Below, one piece after another: positions 51,301 through 64,000 of a stretch of 64,000 bases of DNA. The DNA lies in the NCBI RefSeq assembly GCF_001447785.1, contig NW_015173183.1, positions 215,905-279,904 of the forward strand. Direction: 5' to 3'. Origin of the DNA: Gekko japonicus (taxonomy: Eukaryota). Positions within the stretch are counted from its first letter, which is position 1, and each line of letters begins with the position of its first letter. The position numbers were made by a program, and so were the translations under genes. The notes below the pieces were generated by a model, which worked only from the letters and a program-made list of their open reading frames with translations, was not told the origin of the DNA and searched no databases.

Positions 51301-54300
51301 AGAAGGAAAATTTTAAAAAGTTTTTTTTAAGGAAAAATATTATTAAAATCCAATTTGTTATAATAGTGGGAGAGTTATAAAATCAGTTGAAGAGTTCTTT
51401 TGATCTGAAAGACTGCCAGTCCTGTCACACTTGCTTTGGGTGACAAAGGGTTTCCGGTGATTTTTATATGAAGAACTGCTTTAAAAATGAGTGGAGGAAA
51501 TTAACCTTGCAGCAAAAACAACCTTTGCTTGCAAACAGGGGTGCTTTGTAATTTTTAGATAATCAGACATGTAATGCAGAAAACAACATTTAGAAATAAG
51601 CAAAGGAATTTTATTTTTGGAAGTCCTGTTCAAGTGTAAATGTCTCTCCCTTGTTTGTCTGATAAGTGCAATTGTTAAGACATCACAGAACTCATACCTA
51701 AGAAGCATTTCCCCCAGGAGTTAAGGTGGAGGGGAAGTCTTGTTGATAAAAACTGGGTTTCTACGTTTCATTTCCTGAACTGAATCCTAGCTTGCTTTCT
51801 AATTCATTAGTTACAGCATCAGTATTTCCTAGGGGTTTAAGGGGACAAGATTATGCTGAAAAAGCATTGACTGCCAGTTAGTTCAAATCCCAGTTTGAGG
51901 GTCTGGTCTTGGGTCTGATGGGTTCTCTCTACTCAGTGGCTGGCTCTTTAACTTGCTCTGCCGCACAGGAGACATGCTCCGAGCATTCCACATGGCTTTA
52001 CAGAATTCGCCCAGCAACACTAAGAACCCAGCAGCAAAGGTAAGCAGTGTCTTTGGCCATCACTGTAATAAAATATTAAGGTCACTAAATCAGATCTTAT
52101 GGGCATGACACGACTGGTGCTTAAAATCCCTTGTGAAAGTATGGCATTTTTCCTAATGGGTAGCAGGTGCCTTGCTGTGGGAGCCCTCTTTTTGTCAAGT
52201 CTCTTCACTGTTACATTAGTTGCTGGGAAATAGCTGTTATGAGTTTAGGTTGTATTTGTGGCCTCACTCTCCTTGCATCTCTCTCCAGGAGCGGGCCCAG
52301 GAAGTGGTGATGAAGGTCCTCACCTCTTTTAAAGGCAGCGAGATAGAACAGGCAGTAAACTCCTTAGACAGAAATGGTATTGATTTGTTAATGAAGTACA
52401 TATATAAAGGATTTGAAAAGCCAACAGAAAATAGCAGTGCAATACTACTTCAGTGGCATGAAAAGGTATGTGATTTCTGTCCTTCAGCCTGCCTGAAAGC
52501 TAATGGCTTTTTGAATGATTGTCCACTTTTTTGTTGTCATTCCACATGCAGCCATAGAGTCCAGATCCTCGATGAGGTAGTAGAGCAGGTTATTAAGGTT
52601 GAGAGAAGCTGTATCATGTTGAGAGAAACCGTATCATGGTAACAGTTTGTACAGAATTTCAGGGCACTTCTAAGTAGGGAGCTGAGGATTTCTAGAATTT
52701 TTCCACAGTGATGCTTTAGCACTCTCTAATAGGTAAGATCCACCTAGGCCACAGCTTTGTTCCCCAACACACCAGACTGGCAGAGAAGGTGCAGGGAAAC
52801 GTTTTATGCTTCAGCTCAGGGGATCCTGGGCAAGAAGGCTCTTGTCGCCTCCAAGGAATCATTTGTACTAGTGGTAGTACTCTGCAGTGCCGAAACAACA
52901 GACAGAAGCTGTGTGCGTAACACGCAGTCCACCCATGAAGATAGTTTCGGGGGGTAGCCATGTTGGTCTGCTGTAAAACAGGGTCGAGTCCAGAAGCACC
53001 TTAGAGACCAACAAGAGTTTCAAGAGTCAAAGCTCCCTTTGTCAGACACGAGTGGAAATTCAGAACTCTTGAGTCCTTTTATTCTAGTCAGAAGGTGGGA
53101 GGGATGTTGTGAAGGATGCTACTATGCCTATTGGAATCGGCCTGATTAGAGCAGAGGGGAAAGATCTGGTTTCTTGAGGAAGGCATCTTCTGTGCATAAG
53201 CTGTAGAACTGGTCTTAGCCCTATAGTATTGGCACGATGGAGGAGTATATGACCTCTGCTGTGAATAGCTTTCCAAAGCCTACTGGTGAAATTATGCTCA
53301 GTATTGATGTTCACAGATGCAGCTTTTCTTGCAGACATTCCAGGGGGTGGTTGCAGGCTCTGTTCTCATGACAACATGGAGAGTGTTTCTGCTTGCTCTC
53401 CTGTTTCCATTGGAAACAGCAGCTTGTGGCCAGTGTAGGTTGGCATTTGTGGTTTTGTGAAATCAGACAAAACTGCCTGTTTGGTAGGAGGAAAGACTGC
53501 TGAGAGTCTGCATGTGTGTGGTTTACAGCCCCCCCCCCTTCCCAAATTCTCAGAGTAGCAAAGCATTTCCAAAAGTTCTGGAACAGCATCTGAGGCAAAC
53601 CTTTACTTGTGTCATTCTGCAAGGGTAAAATGTGTACCTTATGGTGAGACTTCTTACAGTTGCCATGAGCAAATGCTACTGTCTGAAGATAGGAAGCCAC
53701 AGTTGCTCAAAGTAGTTTCACCAGCAGGGCTGCAGAAACTGACCTTGCATGTCTTTTCTGCTCATGCATACACGTACAATAGGTGTTGACTACAATTGTC
53801 TGCTCCATGGAGATGCCTTAATTGATAAGGGAAGGGAGCTTCTGGTAGCTTACATTATTCCTCTTCTACTGAACAAATAATGTTTTGAGCTCTGATGGTA
53901 GATGAGATGTGCTTTCTCTCTCCTCCTGCCACATAGACTCTGCTTCAGCTGTCCCCCAGCCTTTTGGCTTGGGCTCAGAGCCTGCATTATAGCTATACAC
54001 TTAATTTGGTCCTTTTAGATGAATATATGGAATTGCTTTTGTCTTGAGCTGGGTTCAGTTATGCACAGATTTCACACGAAGAGGCTGAAAGTTAGAACTA
54101 CTGACTTTGAGTTCCCAGAACAGCATAAAAGCTAACAAATATGCTTCCCCCCCCGCCTCTTGGAAATGTTCATGTTCTGTAATTGTTTACCTCAGTTAGT
54201 GAGAAAGGCCCAGACTAGGTATAGTCTGTATGCAGTGTCCAAGAGAAGAAATAGCAGGTTTGTTAGAATGTTTGATTAGGAAAACCATGAATTGCGGTGC

Positions 54301-54688
54301 CCTGAGGGAACTGATTTGTTTTCCTTCAGGTCCTCTTTTACCTATATCCTTCCTTCCTTAACTTAAGAGCACTAGGGATAGAAAATTTGGCTTCAGACAG
54401 CAGAGGCCTAAAAGATGGGGGTTAGGAGAGAGGTAGTATTCCTGCTAAAGTCAAAAGAATGAACTGCGAAGAGATACTATTTTGGATATAAAAACTGCTC
54501 CATGAACCCAGGGCCAGTAGTGACCTTAAAGTCCTTTAGAGCTGTTTCATATGTTCTGAGAAATGTGCTTGTTTGGGACTGGCCCCTAAACTAATATCTG
54601 TGTTTCTTTTTCTCTCATTCCTCAGGCATTAGCAGTAGGTGGACTAGGATCCATAGTAAGAGTTCTTACTGCACGAAAAACTGTTTAA
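45361..54688 (+). CDS. ARPC5L: Actin-related protein 2/3 complex subunit 5-like, 158 aa; coding exons 45361-45524, 51967-52039, 52289-52465, 54626-54688
   Basis: [21 protein letters not shown]...[11 protein letters not shown]...[63 protein letters not shown]. The frame joins only with an AT-AC first intron (477 nt). Confidence 0.96.
47655..47780 (+). mobile_element. Penelope-like element terminal-repeat remnant (related pieces at about 47975-48050, 52950-53050 and 55665-55705)
   Basis: GAAGTGAGCTGTAACTCACAAAAGCTCAT..AATAAA..GTTAGTCTTTAA pattern, shared with the other listed fragments. Confidence 0.5.
48441..48640 (-). mobile_element. 5S rRNA-derived SINE (5S-Sauria-like)
   Basis: Minus strand GATCTCAGAAGCTAAGCAGGGCCGACCCTGGCAAGTATTTGGATGGGAGACC aligns to the 5S rRNA A/C-box region, then continues into a non-5S tail. 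Confidence 0.75.
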
Positions 54689-57567
54689 CAAACTCTATTC
54701 AATTGAATTGAGACATCGAGAACTCTCTTGGAGCCAGGAGGCGGCACTGGCTATGCTGATACTTTGGTCTACACTTCTAGGATCCACAATCTACTGAAAT
54801 ACTTTGGGAGTCTCCTTCCTCTCTTGGAACAAGTACTTTTAACCATAGATGTGGTGGGGGAGGTGCAGTATATTAATGTTTTCTGACTATCAGATCCAGG
54901 AGCTGGGAGGGGACTACTTGCAATTTGTGCTGGAGACAGAAATGGGGGTGGTATATACGCGTGTGCCTGTCTGCAATATGGTGGCTGCTCTGGCCAAGTG
55001 TGTGTGTGTCTGTGCTTGGGTGAATAAGTGAGACTTAATTTAAATTTAACAAATTGTGTGTGGTGGGGGGCAGGGGTGGAGCTGGGCTGGCAAGAGAAAC
55101 AAGAGGCTGGTTTGGGAGCTGGAGGAGGGTTTTCTTATGCAAGAGGGCTTTTTGTATATATGGATAAGAATAGCTGGACTAAATACAGAGTTTGTTTCAT
55201 GTAAAGTGCCTGCTGCTCTATCTAGAAGTTCTTGGATGGTTAGAATAAATAATATTCCATGATGGATTTTGAATGTCCTTGGGGGCTAGTTCATTCTGTA
55301 GCTTCTCACATGGAAATATTTGCTCTAGTCCCATTTATCTGGACTCAAGTTTTGGGATTTGGCAGTGAAATACCAGACTTGTTGCTTATATTTCTTGTCC
55401 TGGGCCCATATACCCCTTTTGAATTTGTGAGCAAAGGAGGGAGAAGGCAAGTAGGAATTCTGTGCCCCTTATATGTTCCTTATAATGCTTACCCGTGCTT
55501 GGTCTCTAACTACTCCTTCATGAAGTTCTTATATGTGCTACAAAATATCTGGCCAAGAATGGATTTGAAATTAGATCCTGTACATCCACTTTAAGTCTTG
55601 TAGCACTCATGTTCGTTTCACTGAATCAGCTGTGTGCACATTTTCCCCAGCCCAGTCGATAGGGGGTGTGACACACAAAAAGCTCATGCTGAAATAAATC
55701 TCTTCTTGAAACCATTAGTGGATTCCTGTATAATCTTCTCCAGGATAGTAAGCTAAATGTAATATACTAACATGAACTCTGTAGCCAATTTACTACAAGG
55801 TACCTGTACTATTTAGGAAAATCCCCTGGGTTTCCTTGGAAACAACACAAAGCTCATATGGGAGAGCAGAGGCTGCACCTTTTAAACTCTATATGGACAG
55901 CTCAGTTCTCCAATGTCTTTTCTGGTTCCTCTAGTAGTTAATGGATGGGAAAAGGAAATGTAAAACTTGCACCACTATATTCATCTTTCTAGTAACACTG
56001 AAGGCCAAGTATTCAGAGTTATCAGGCAAGGCATAAAATTCACCCGTATTTCAGGAGGGAATGGTACCACTCCAATACCCTGAAGAGCAATATAAGTCCA
56101 ACTTCATTCTCAGCTGGTGAGTCGGGCAATTAGTGTTTAGGTTAAATACACAACTTGGCAGTAGAATGTAACAAGGTAGCTTCTAGTTTTAATCAAAAAT
56201 GTATTGCACCACAAATTAGCTTTCTACAAGCCATTACATAATACAGTCCCTCTGTACACAGAATAGGTAGACAAACCAAGTGTCCATAAAAAGGCTTTTT
56301 TATATACACTCCATATGTGTTTTTTGTACAAGAAAAAAGTGCATCAGTTACTATTTAATGAATATATACACAACCTCAGTTCTGCTCTGATAGCTGAAAA
56401 AAATCAACACTTGAGCTACGAGAGGCATCTCTATGCTGTGATCTTAAAACTGGCTCTAAAAAGGGCTGACTGAGCCACCTATTTGAAAGTTTACTCTGCA
56501 TTCCTCATGGAAAGGAAGACCCCCCTTTCAAACTTAACAGTGTCAGTTTCTTAAGCAGTTGGTAAAAATTAAAACCTGTTGCTTAGCAATATGAAGCTCT
56601 GCAAGGTGCTGTTTCACATGGTCAGCCTTCTGTATAGCACATAATAGTATCTTGTTTGTATACTTCAGTTAAACTGTAGCTTCCAAGCTCGATGTTGGTT
56701 TTTAAGTTACCAAAGAAAGAAAATTGAACTAAGTTTCTGCTCTCAAATGCACCATATCGAAGGCGTCCCTGTGTGTAGTGTCTTTTTAAAAAAACTCATT
56801 CACAATTAGAGCAGCAGCTCCAGTTGTTCATGTTGCTTCTGCTGACAGCATGTGAACAAAGATATGTCTGAAGCAGCTTATGTCACCATGCCCAGAATGG
56901 TGCACCAGCCCCCATAAAGCAAATTTGCAGCTGAAACAGAAGCTCTTATCTACTGCAGCAGCCCCCTTATGTTCCCATCTGTACACTCTACTACTATAAT
57001 CTAAAAGGCAACTGAATAGTTACGTCATAAAGACCATTTAGAATTATTTTTCTTTAAGAAAAATAAAGGTGGCCAACTCTGCAAAAAGTTGTGTTATCCT
57101 GCTGGAAGTTCAAATATGCTCTTTCCAGCAGCTGTGTTAATAAGCAAACAGTTTGGTCTGAGAAGAGGCAGAAGAGCCTCTCAGCGCTGGAGGATTTTAC
57201 ACTGTCAGGAGTGATGCAACCCCACGCTCATTTAAAAGATACGCATTTCGTGATGACAGGAAGAAAAATGCATCCCAGGCTCACAGGCACGGCCTCCACA
57301 AAAGTGGCGCTTTGGTTCCCCAAGGCCTCGAGAGCCAGCTACTTCACTGTCCGCTTCAGCACTTCCAACCCCACCGAGAGGGAGTCAGTTGTAGCAAAGG
57401 ACACTCCCTTTTACAGTACAGTTTTGTAAACAGTTTTTCAAAGTTCTTATACAAAATACTATGGTGAGCATAATTAAGACACACCTTAATTGACAGGTGC
57501 AGTATCCTTTTCCTAGAAAGAAAGAACAACCGAAGGGGCGGGTAGCCAGTGCATTCTTTGGAGCCAT

Positions 57568-60500
57568 TCATGACCATGGGGTCCTGGGACTTGAGATGGA
57601 GGGTCGGATGCTGCCCTTGGGAGATGGTTTTGACCCAAACCAGGACATCTGGCAGGGGGAAAGCACAACACCATCACACTTGTAGCTCAAACGGTAGTCC
57701 TGAGCAATCATGCATCTATTCTGGAGCACAGCAGTTCTTTCACCGCTAAGAGGCCATGTGTTTTTCAAGGCATCAGAATGAAAGCAGCCGCTTAGTGGCC
57801 ACTGGTCCCCCAAAGCAGAGACAAGCACCTGTGCCCCTCAATTCCTCAAGAGCCTCAATTCCAGCCCACTTCTCCAACAAAGAGAGAACTTCTGTTCCCT
57901 TAGGAAATCACTATCCTAGGGCCAAAACAGACATGATGGAGGATTAAGGTAAATTGTGCAATCAGATTTTAATTTGGACCAGAGCCACATGGGAAAAGGA
58001 AATGTAAACCTTCAACCTCTACTCTGGTTTGCTAACTAAAACCAGGCTTCCTGTGATTAGTCCATTTGAAGTAGAAGACCCAGGCTGCGAAATGATACAT
58101 CTTTCCCTTAAGTAAAAAATCCCTACTAGTAAGACATGATTGGTTGCAGAAACAAACTGGGCTTGGAGGGTTACATGCTCTTGCTCTTCACTCAGCCTGG
58201 ATCGTGGCTTGTGTGCAGCTTCCTTTAACAGACTGGCCTCAATTGCCTTTATCAAAAGAGCAACCAACAGAAAGGAGCTGCACTGTGATGAGGACATACA
58301 TCAGTAATTGTTTTGGGGACCACAAACTTAATAGAGAGGCTAGGAGGCTTCTTTCACTGTAAGAAGTAGTCCTACAAACTAGGGTTACTGTGGACAGGAC
58401 AGCCAGAAAACGAAAATGGGGAAAAGTATACTATGTGAAAGCAGCTGATAAACTTTTACAGAGTGAGTAGAGGGAACAAAGGGGCTGAAGAGAGCAGGGG
58501 TGCAGAGCTAATGGCATAGTAATAAGAGATCATAGCAATAAGGAAAGAAATCAGTTTAAGCAAAGGCATTTGGGAAGAACACGCTCAAAAACAAGAGACA
58601 GTGAGCAGGCATAGTTTAATCAGTAGATGCTAAAAAGATTAATATTTTGGAGATTTTGAAAAGGCATACTAGCATTTAAAATCTGGACAAAAATGCTCCA
58701 TTGAACAGAAGAAAAAAAAAGGGGAGGATGCAGCCAACATACCCACAGGATGAAGACTCAGCAATTCACACATTTAGTTCTAATGCTCTGTACATGCAAA
58801 CAACCACAAAGCCAACGTCCAACTTAAAGGATTAATTCATATGCAGGCAAGCATTGCTCAGTGCTTCAACTACACGATGGCGTACCAATAAATGTATGAA
58901 TTGTTGGGAAGGAGTTGCATGAGGAACGGTAATGAAAGCTCTGCTGGTGGGGTTTTGATAATAGTTTTGCATACACCAAGTTGTCCAGTGATGCAGGTGC
59001 ACATGTGAACAGTTCCTGAGAGTTGAGATCAAGCCTTACCTTGTACTCCAGGGTCTCCTTGAGCATGCTTTCTTCCTCCTGAGAGAAGTTCAGCAAAACA
59101 GACACAGCTCTGATGAGGTGGAATGCCTAAAACACAGCAGCAAAGGCACAGTGGGTCATTACACACAGCCCCTTCATTAAAAAAAGTATATCCTGCCTTT
59201 CTTCATGTCAAGGCAACTTATAAAAGCAAAAAATAAATACCTAGAAAGACTGAAAGCTGAGCTTAAAGCTACTAATGCCAGCACAAATAGTCCAGATAAA
59301 TGTATTGGGGGGGGGAGTTTTACAGGTCCTGCAAAACCCCAACAAGGGTGCTGCTATAGAAAACAATAGCACAGAGAGCACAACCAGAAAAGTCTACTGA
59401 ACAAATCTGAATTGTCACATGGGCTCACGGAGGGAGAGGCAGGCATTCAACTTTGATCATGGAAGCCAGGCCAGGTAGCTAAAAAACAGTATCCCATTTA
59501 CTTTCCATTAAGGCAAGGACCATGGCTCAGTGGCAGAGCACATACTTTGATTCCCAGCATAGCTGGGCGGAATCTGGAGAAATCTTGGCAAACCAGTGGC
59601 AGCCAATGCAATACTGTTAGATGGACTAATATGGCAGCTTCATATGGCAAGACAGTCTATTTCTGTTCAATCTTGGTTCCAAATGAACAAGGCAATCTTC
59701 AGCTAAACTGCTTGTGGTCCATTCTGGCACGAAGACTTTACAACAAGGTTAACACAAACTGTTTAATCTGAATTAATCTCTTGCTTTCCTTTGTTTTACT
59801 TAAAAAGCAACTTTAGGAATTTTGTGGAACTCCCCACAGACAAGATGAAAAGGATGGGGGGAGAGAAATAGCAAAAGCATTAAGCAACACTTTGTTTTAC
59901 CTCTGATTCTCGGCAGGACATAAATTTTAGGACCACGTGCTTTAGATACTCAAAGTTTATCTCCCGGGAGTCATTCAGGTCTGAGTTGTTTGTCACAGTC
60001 AAGGCAGCATTGGGCACTTCTGGGACCTCACTGTCTGGTCGGATTTTCTGAAAAGAACACAGTGCCAGATTAAAAGGCCTGGTGAAAGTTCACCCTCTGC
60101 CATAAATTGACAGACCAGATACCACTGCATGCTTTTCTCCAATCCTTTCATGACAACAAGCTCTCTGCAAGAAGGGAAATTGCCTCACTGCTAGGAAAGG
60201 AACAAGAAAAGGAATGTTAGTCTTCCAGCTGTGCCTGCTCACAGACTGGAAGCCACAACTGAACATTCTCCAAAGGGCTAACTACATAATTAGCTTCCAC
60301 TAGTTTGTGAGATTCAGGTGCATTAAAGGTGTAGATTTGTGAAATGACTAGGATTTTTACTATCCTTAACACAATAATATGGAAAAGAACCAAATTAAAT
60401 TATGAATGGTACGATTTTATTTTTTCCATATCACTTGAGAATGTATTTTGTTGGAAAGGTGGTGGTTAAATGAAATTCAGCTCCCAGGCAATTTCCATCT

Positions 60501-63500
60501 TCCTCCAAGGAAAGCCATTATTCCACAACTTTTGCATAGTTTATTATTCTGTGTAATTTACTCTAAAATGCTTGCTATTTTCAGTCACTTATCCTGGCTG
60601 TGGTAGTTACAGCCGGGGGTAAGACCACTGACCCCCCCCCCCCCCCCCAAACCCTGACCTCTAGAATCATATTCAGCTTCTTCTCTGGCTTCTGAGATTT
60701 CAGCACAGACTATACAAATATTTTGAAGAGTACTTTTGCAGTCTTAGAAACTTGCAGGGTTTTTTTTATAAAACCACATTTATCAGGAAGCCAAATATCT
60801 TCTTCCACTATCACTTTATGTACCATTCCTGAAGGCATAAAGGAAACCAGGGGTTTGGAGGAGAACTTTTGATCAGGCAGAGAGTTACCACTTGTTGGCC
60901 ACTTAAGCCGTTACTCTTTTGAAAGTGCAATAGCTCCATAAACATTCAAATGTAGGGCAACATTTGAATGTTTATGGAGCTATTGCACTTTCAAAAGAGC
61001 ACAGAGCTGAAGAAGTCTAGATTCAGGCTGGTGGGCAGTTTGGGGTGAGCTTACCAGTTCTTTCTGTAGTGTCTTCTTTAGTTCTGCCATCGTCTGCTGT
61101 AACTGTTTGATCATCTAAGGGGGGGGGGGACAGAATGATATGACACTTCAGCTTCCAGGAATAATCAAACCTAGCATTTCATACAGAAACTAACTGCATC
61201 CTCTCCACTAGGTTCCTAGTATAAGCCAGCTAGACCTTATGCAGGAAGGAGGTAACCATTTCACTATTATTAGCTATCCACATAAAGCAGCCACTCAACC
61301 TTGGAAATGGAACAGATCCTGTATGGGAACAGGTGGCATTGCTGTACAGATGATGTTGCCATGCCAGCAAGACAATAAAACAGTGCAAGACAGAAAGTTG
61401 TGGCTAATCAGATGTATCTGGGGGGTGTGTGTGTGTTTAATCTTCAGGAGCCTGTTTACTTAGGCAAGTAAAGCCCTGGGTATTTCAGCCTATTCTGGCT
61501 CACCGTGTCTACTGATTTCTGAGACCTTCTGCATGCAAACAGGCATTTTACCATTGAATCACAGCCCCTCCTCTAATTAGCAAGTACTGGGAAATACCAT
61601 TCTCTCCCTGGTACCTTGGGAGAGCCACTGCCAGTCAGAGGAGACGATAGTGAGCTACATGGACCAAAGGCCTGGCACAGTATGGTATGTGGTTTATAAG
61701 CCTCAACCAACTGCACCCTTACTTTGTTCTTCTCTGCAATTTGCTGCTCCAGTTCTCTGTTCTCCTTCTGCAGCTGGACTATTTCTGCAGCAGCCACTTC
61801 CCCATTTGGCTCCATTTCTCCATCCTCAGAGGGATGCAATTGTTTTTTCAAGGCTTTGGATGCCAATTCCAACCCAGCAGTCTATTTGGAGACAAAAGGA
61901 GCCAGGATAAGCAAGATCAGAGCAATAACAAGAAAGTGCTGCACACCAATTCAGAAAAACAAAGCAAGGTTTCTTCTTATGTACAATGGAGGTGGAGAAA
62001 GAGGCACTGATACCAAAGGGGTGGGTATTCAGATTACATGTTAGCAGAGCAGGCTATATGGACACAGCTCATATGGATCAAGGAATACAAGGGCATATGT
62101 ACACTAAACCAGTCTTGTGCCAATTATGCAAATTTGAGCACTTGCTTTACCTAACACATATCACTTCTTCTCACCACGGAATTGGGCAAGGATGTGTACA
62201 AGGCATTGCCTGGCCAATGGAAATCTTTCTCTACCACCATCACCCCCAGATTGACCAAGACTGCCCAGTCACGTTCAGACATCTCTCTTTACCATAAGGG
62301 CTAGAAATGTTCTTTAAAAAAATAAATGCTGAAATTCTCAAAGTTGGAATTCTGTGCCCAGTACTGCACTGCACAGCTTTTCCAAACTCTCATGCAATCA
62401 TGACACACAGAGCCCAGGATTTAAGATACGAGGGCTGCCTCACAGAGTCAGATCAATGCCAAGTCTCATCCTTATTGTCTAACATACACAAGGACTCATG
62501 GGATTAGGCTGAGGCTCCAACTAGTCCAGCAAGCTCTTTCTGATAATGACCAGCCACATGCCTACAAGACACCCAGAAGCAGGGCCTGAAGGCCATAAGC
62601 CCTCCCTGATTTTGCCCCCCTCCCATGTCAGCCAGGTATAGTGTCTCTGAAACTGGAGGTTCCATTTCACTGCTGCTCTCTAGATACAGTGAGAGGCAGG
62701 ACGACTCTAGGAGGCAAAAGCACCTGGGAAAAGCAGTTCACTGAAATGCTTTGGCACACTATAAGCGCTCCCTGCCACAGCCTGAAGGCACATCTGCTCA
62801 CCTGGCTCTTGCTGGCCAGCCAGCACTCCTGTTGCTCTTGTAGCTGCTCCTGCAAAGTGCTCATCTGCTCTCCCATCACAGCTTCCCTCTCTGCAGCCTG
62901 TCGCTGGCACAACTCGAGGTCGGTCTGCGACTGCTGCATCTGCAGCCGAAGCTCCTCGTGGCCTGGAGCAGAGGGACACAGCAAGAAGTGGATTCAGAGA
63001 AAGAGCTTCCCACAGAGCCGCTCTCTGGGTCAATACATGGGTGGAGATGTTGGAGTGCAGATGCTGTTCTTCCCCACATCCAGAGTAAGTCAGAAGAAGT
63101 GTTGTTTCTTTATGAACAGCTCCTCTGCCATGGATCTCTCGGGACAGCAGAGAGAGGAACACCAAGAGTGTGCATGTGTGTGTAGGTGGTTCCATTTAGG
63201 GGTACCAGGAGCTTCATGCATTGACTCCTTTTACAGGCAAGAAGCTGAAGGCCAGTCTGATTGGGCTTTCTGCAATTTTCCTTCATCCCGGACTGGTTGT
63301 GGTTAATCAGAAAAAAAGCACTTCACGCATGCTCAGACATACTTTTCTAGCACACATCTCGAGGCCAAGCACTGAAACAAGAGTCTAGCATTAAACCTGA
63401 AGTGCCCCCCCCATGCCTGAAGTGAACATTAATTTATGGATTATAATCCAGATGACACAATTTACAGCCAATCACCACCACCAGAAAGTGAGCAAATGCC

Positions 63501-63769
63501 AGGGCCTGTGTGCCAGAGACAGGCAGCTGTCAAGAGACCTGGGAAATGAACTGAAAATGGGCAGAGGTTGAGTTAGGAGGCATCAGAGTCACAGGAGGGG
63601 GGAGGGGGGCAGGTTACCATGGCATCACCATCCTGCCAGTAGTAGTCAGGATCTGCTGGGCCTCACCTCGCTTTAAGCCATTCAGCTCTTCCTCCTTTTT
63701 CAGGAGCGTGTCAGTTTTATCCATAATCAGCCAGTCCTTCTCCTTCAGTGACAAGGACAGGTCTGCAAC
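57568..63769 (-). CDS. GOLGA1: Golgin-97, 3' part only (continues beyond the window); exons (minus) 63769-63667, 62962-62802, 61881-61723, 61114-61055, 60047-59901, 59126-59040, 57648-57568
   Basis: Coiled-coil exons followed by the GRIP domain [39 protein letters not shown] and the terminus [26 protein letters not shown]. Intron phases are consistent. Confidence 0.95.
60914..60999. repeat. Perfect inverted repeat: 40-bp arms, 6-nt loop
   Basis: 60914-60953 is the exact reverse complement of 60960-60999. The loop is AGGGCA. Confidence 0.97.
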
Positions 63770-64000
63770 CTAAAACACAAGAATAGGTCCAGGGGAGTTA
63801 AGATGTAGCTCATGGTCTTCACTTGATATATTCTCCACTCATGACTATGGGTAGATTCACACATGGCTTTCAGTTTTTAATCACTTGGTTCAACTAGAAT
63901 GCGTGAAAACAACCATCACAAATCAACTGCCAAAGACAGAGCTCATGTTATCTCCTTTGCACACAAGGCTTTTCAAACAAAGACTGTTCAGTCATGAATG

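Larger units (their letters stand above)
45525..51966 (+). other. ARPC5L: U12-type (minor spliceosome) AT-AC intron 1 of ARPC5L
   Basis: 5' splice site ATATCCTTT, branch point TCTTTAAC at 51945-51952 and terminal AC at 51965-51966. Confidence 0.93.

Overview
Vertebrate genomic DNA from a squamate reptile, probably a gecko, judged by its SINE, BovB and Penelope-like repeats. It holds four complete spliced genes and one partial gene: HSPA5/BiP (+, with an ERSE triplet and TATA box), RABEPK (-), PPP6C (+), ARPC5L (+, with a U12-type AT-AC first intron) and the last 7 exons of GOLGA1 (-). Exon boundaries were traced by hand and the frames join. Relative to the human gene order as I recall it (HSPA5-RABEPK-PPP6C-SCAI-GOLGA1-ARPC5L-RPL35), SCAI is missing after PPP6C and ARPC5L/GOLGA1 are flipped, which implies an inversion breakpoint at about 31.3-45 kb. 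That interval contains a decayed L1-clade LINE, nested DNA transposons, a 61-bp satellite carrying three insertions, an unidentified ~200-bp GC-rich repeat with a GCAA-capped hairpin, and an inverted, deletion-riddled copy of the ARPC5L promoter, exon 1 and part of intron 1. Other notable items are a head-to-tail BovB dimer inside one TSD pair, a perfect 40-bp-arm hairpin in a GOLGA1 intron, and several fold-back repeat structures. I found no evidence of a new protein-coding system; the most novel signals are structural or regulatory. There is one assembly gap (11460-11737).
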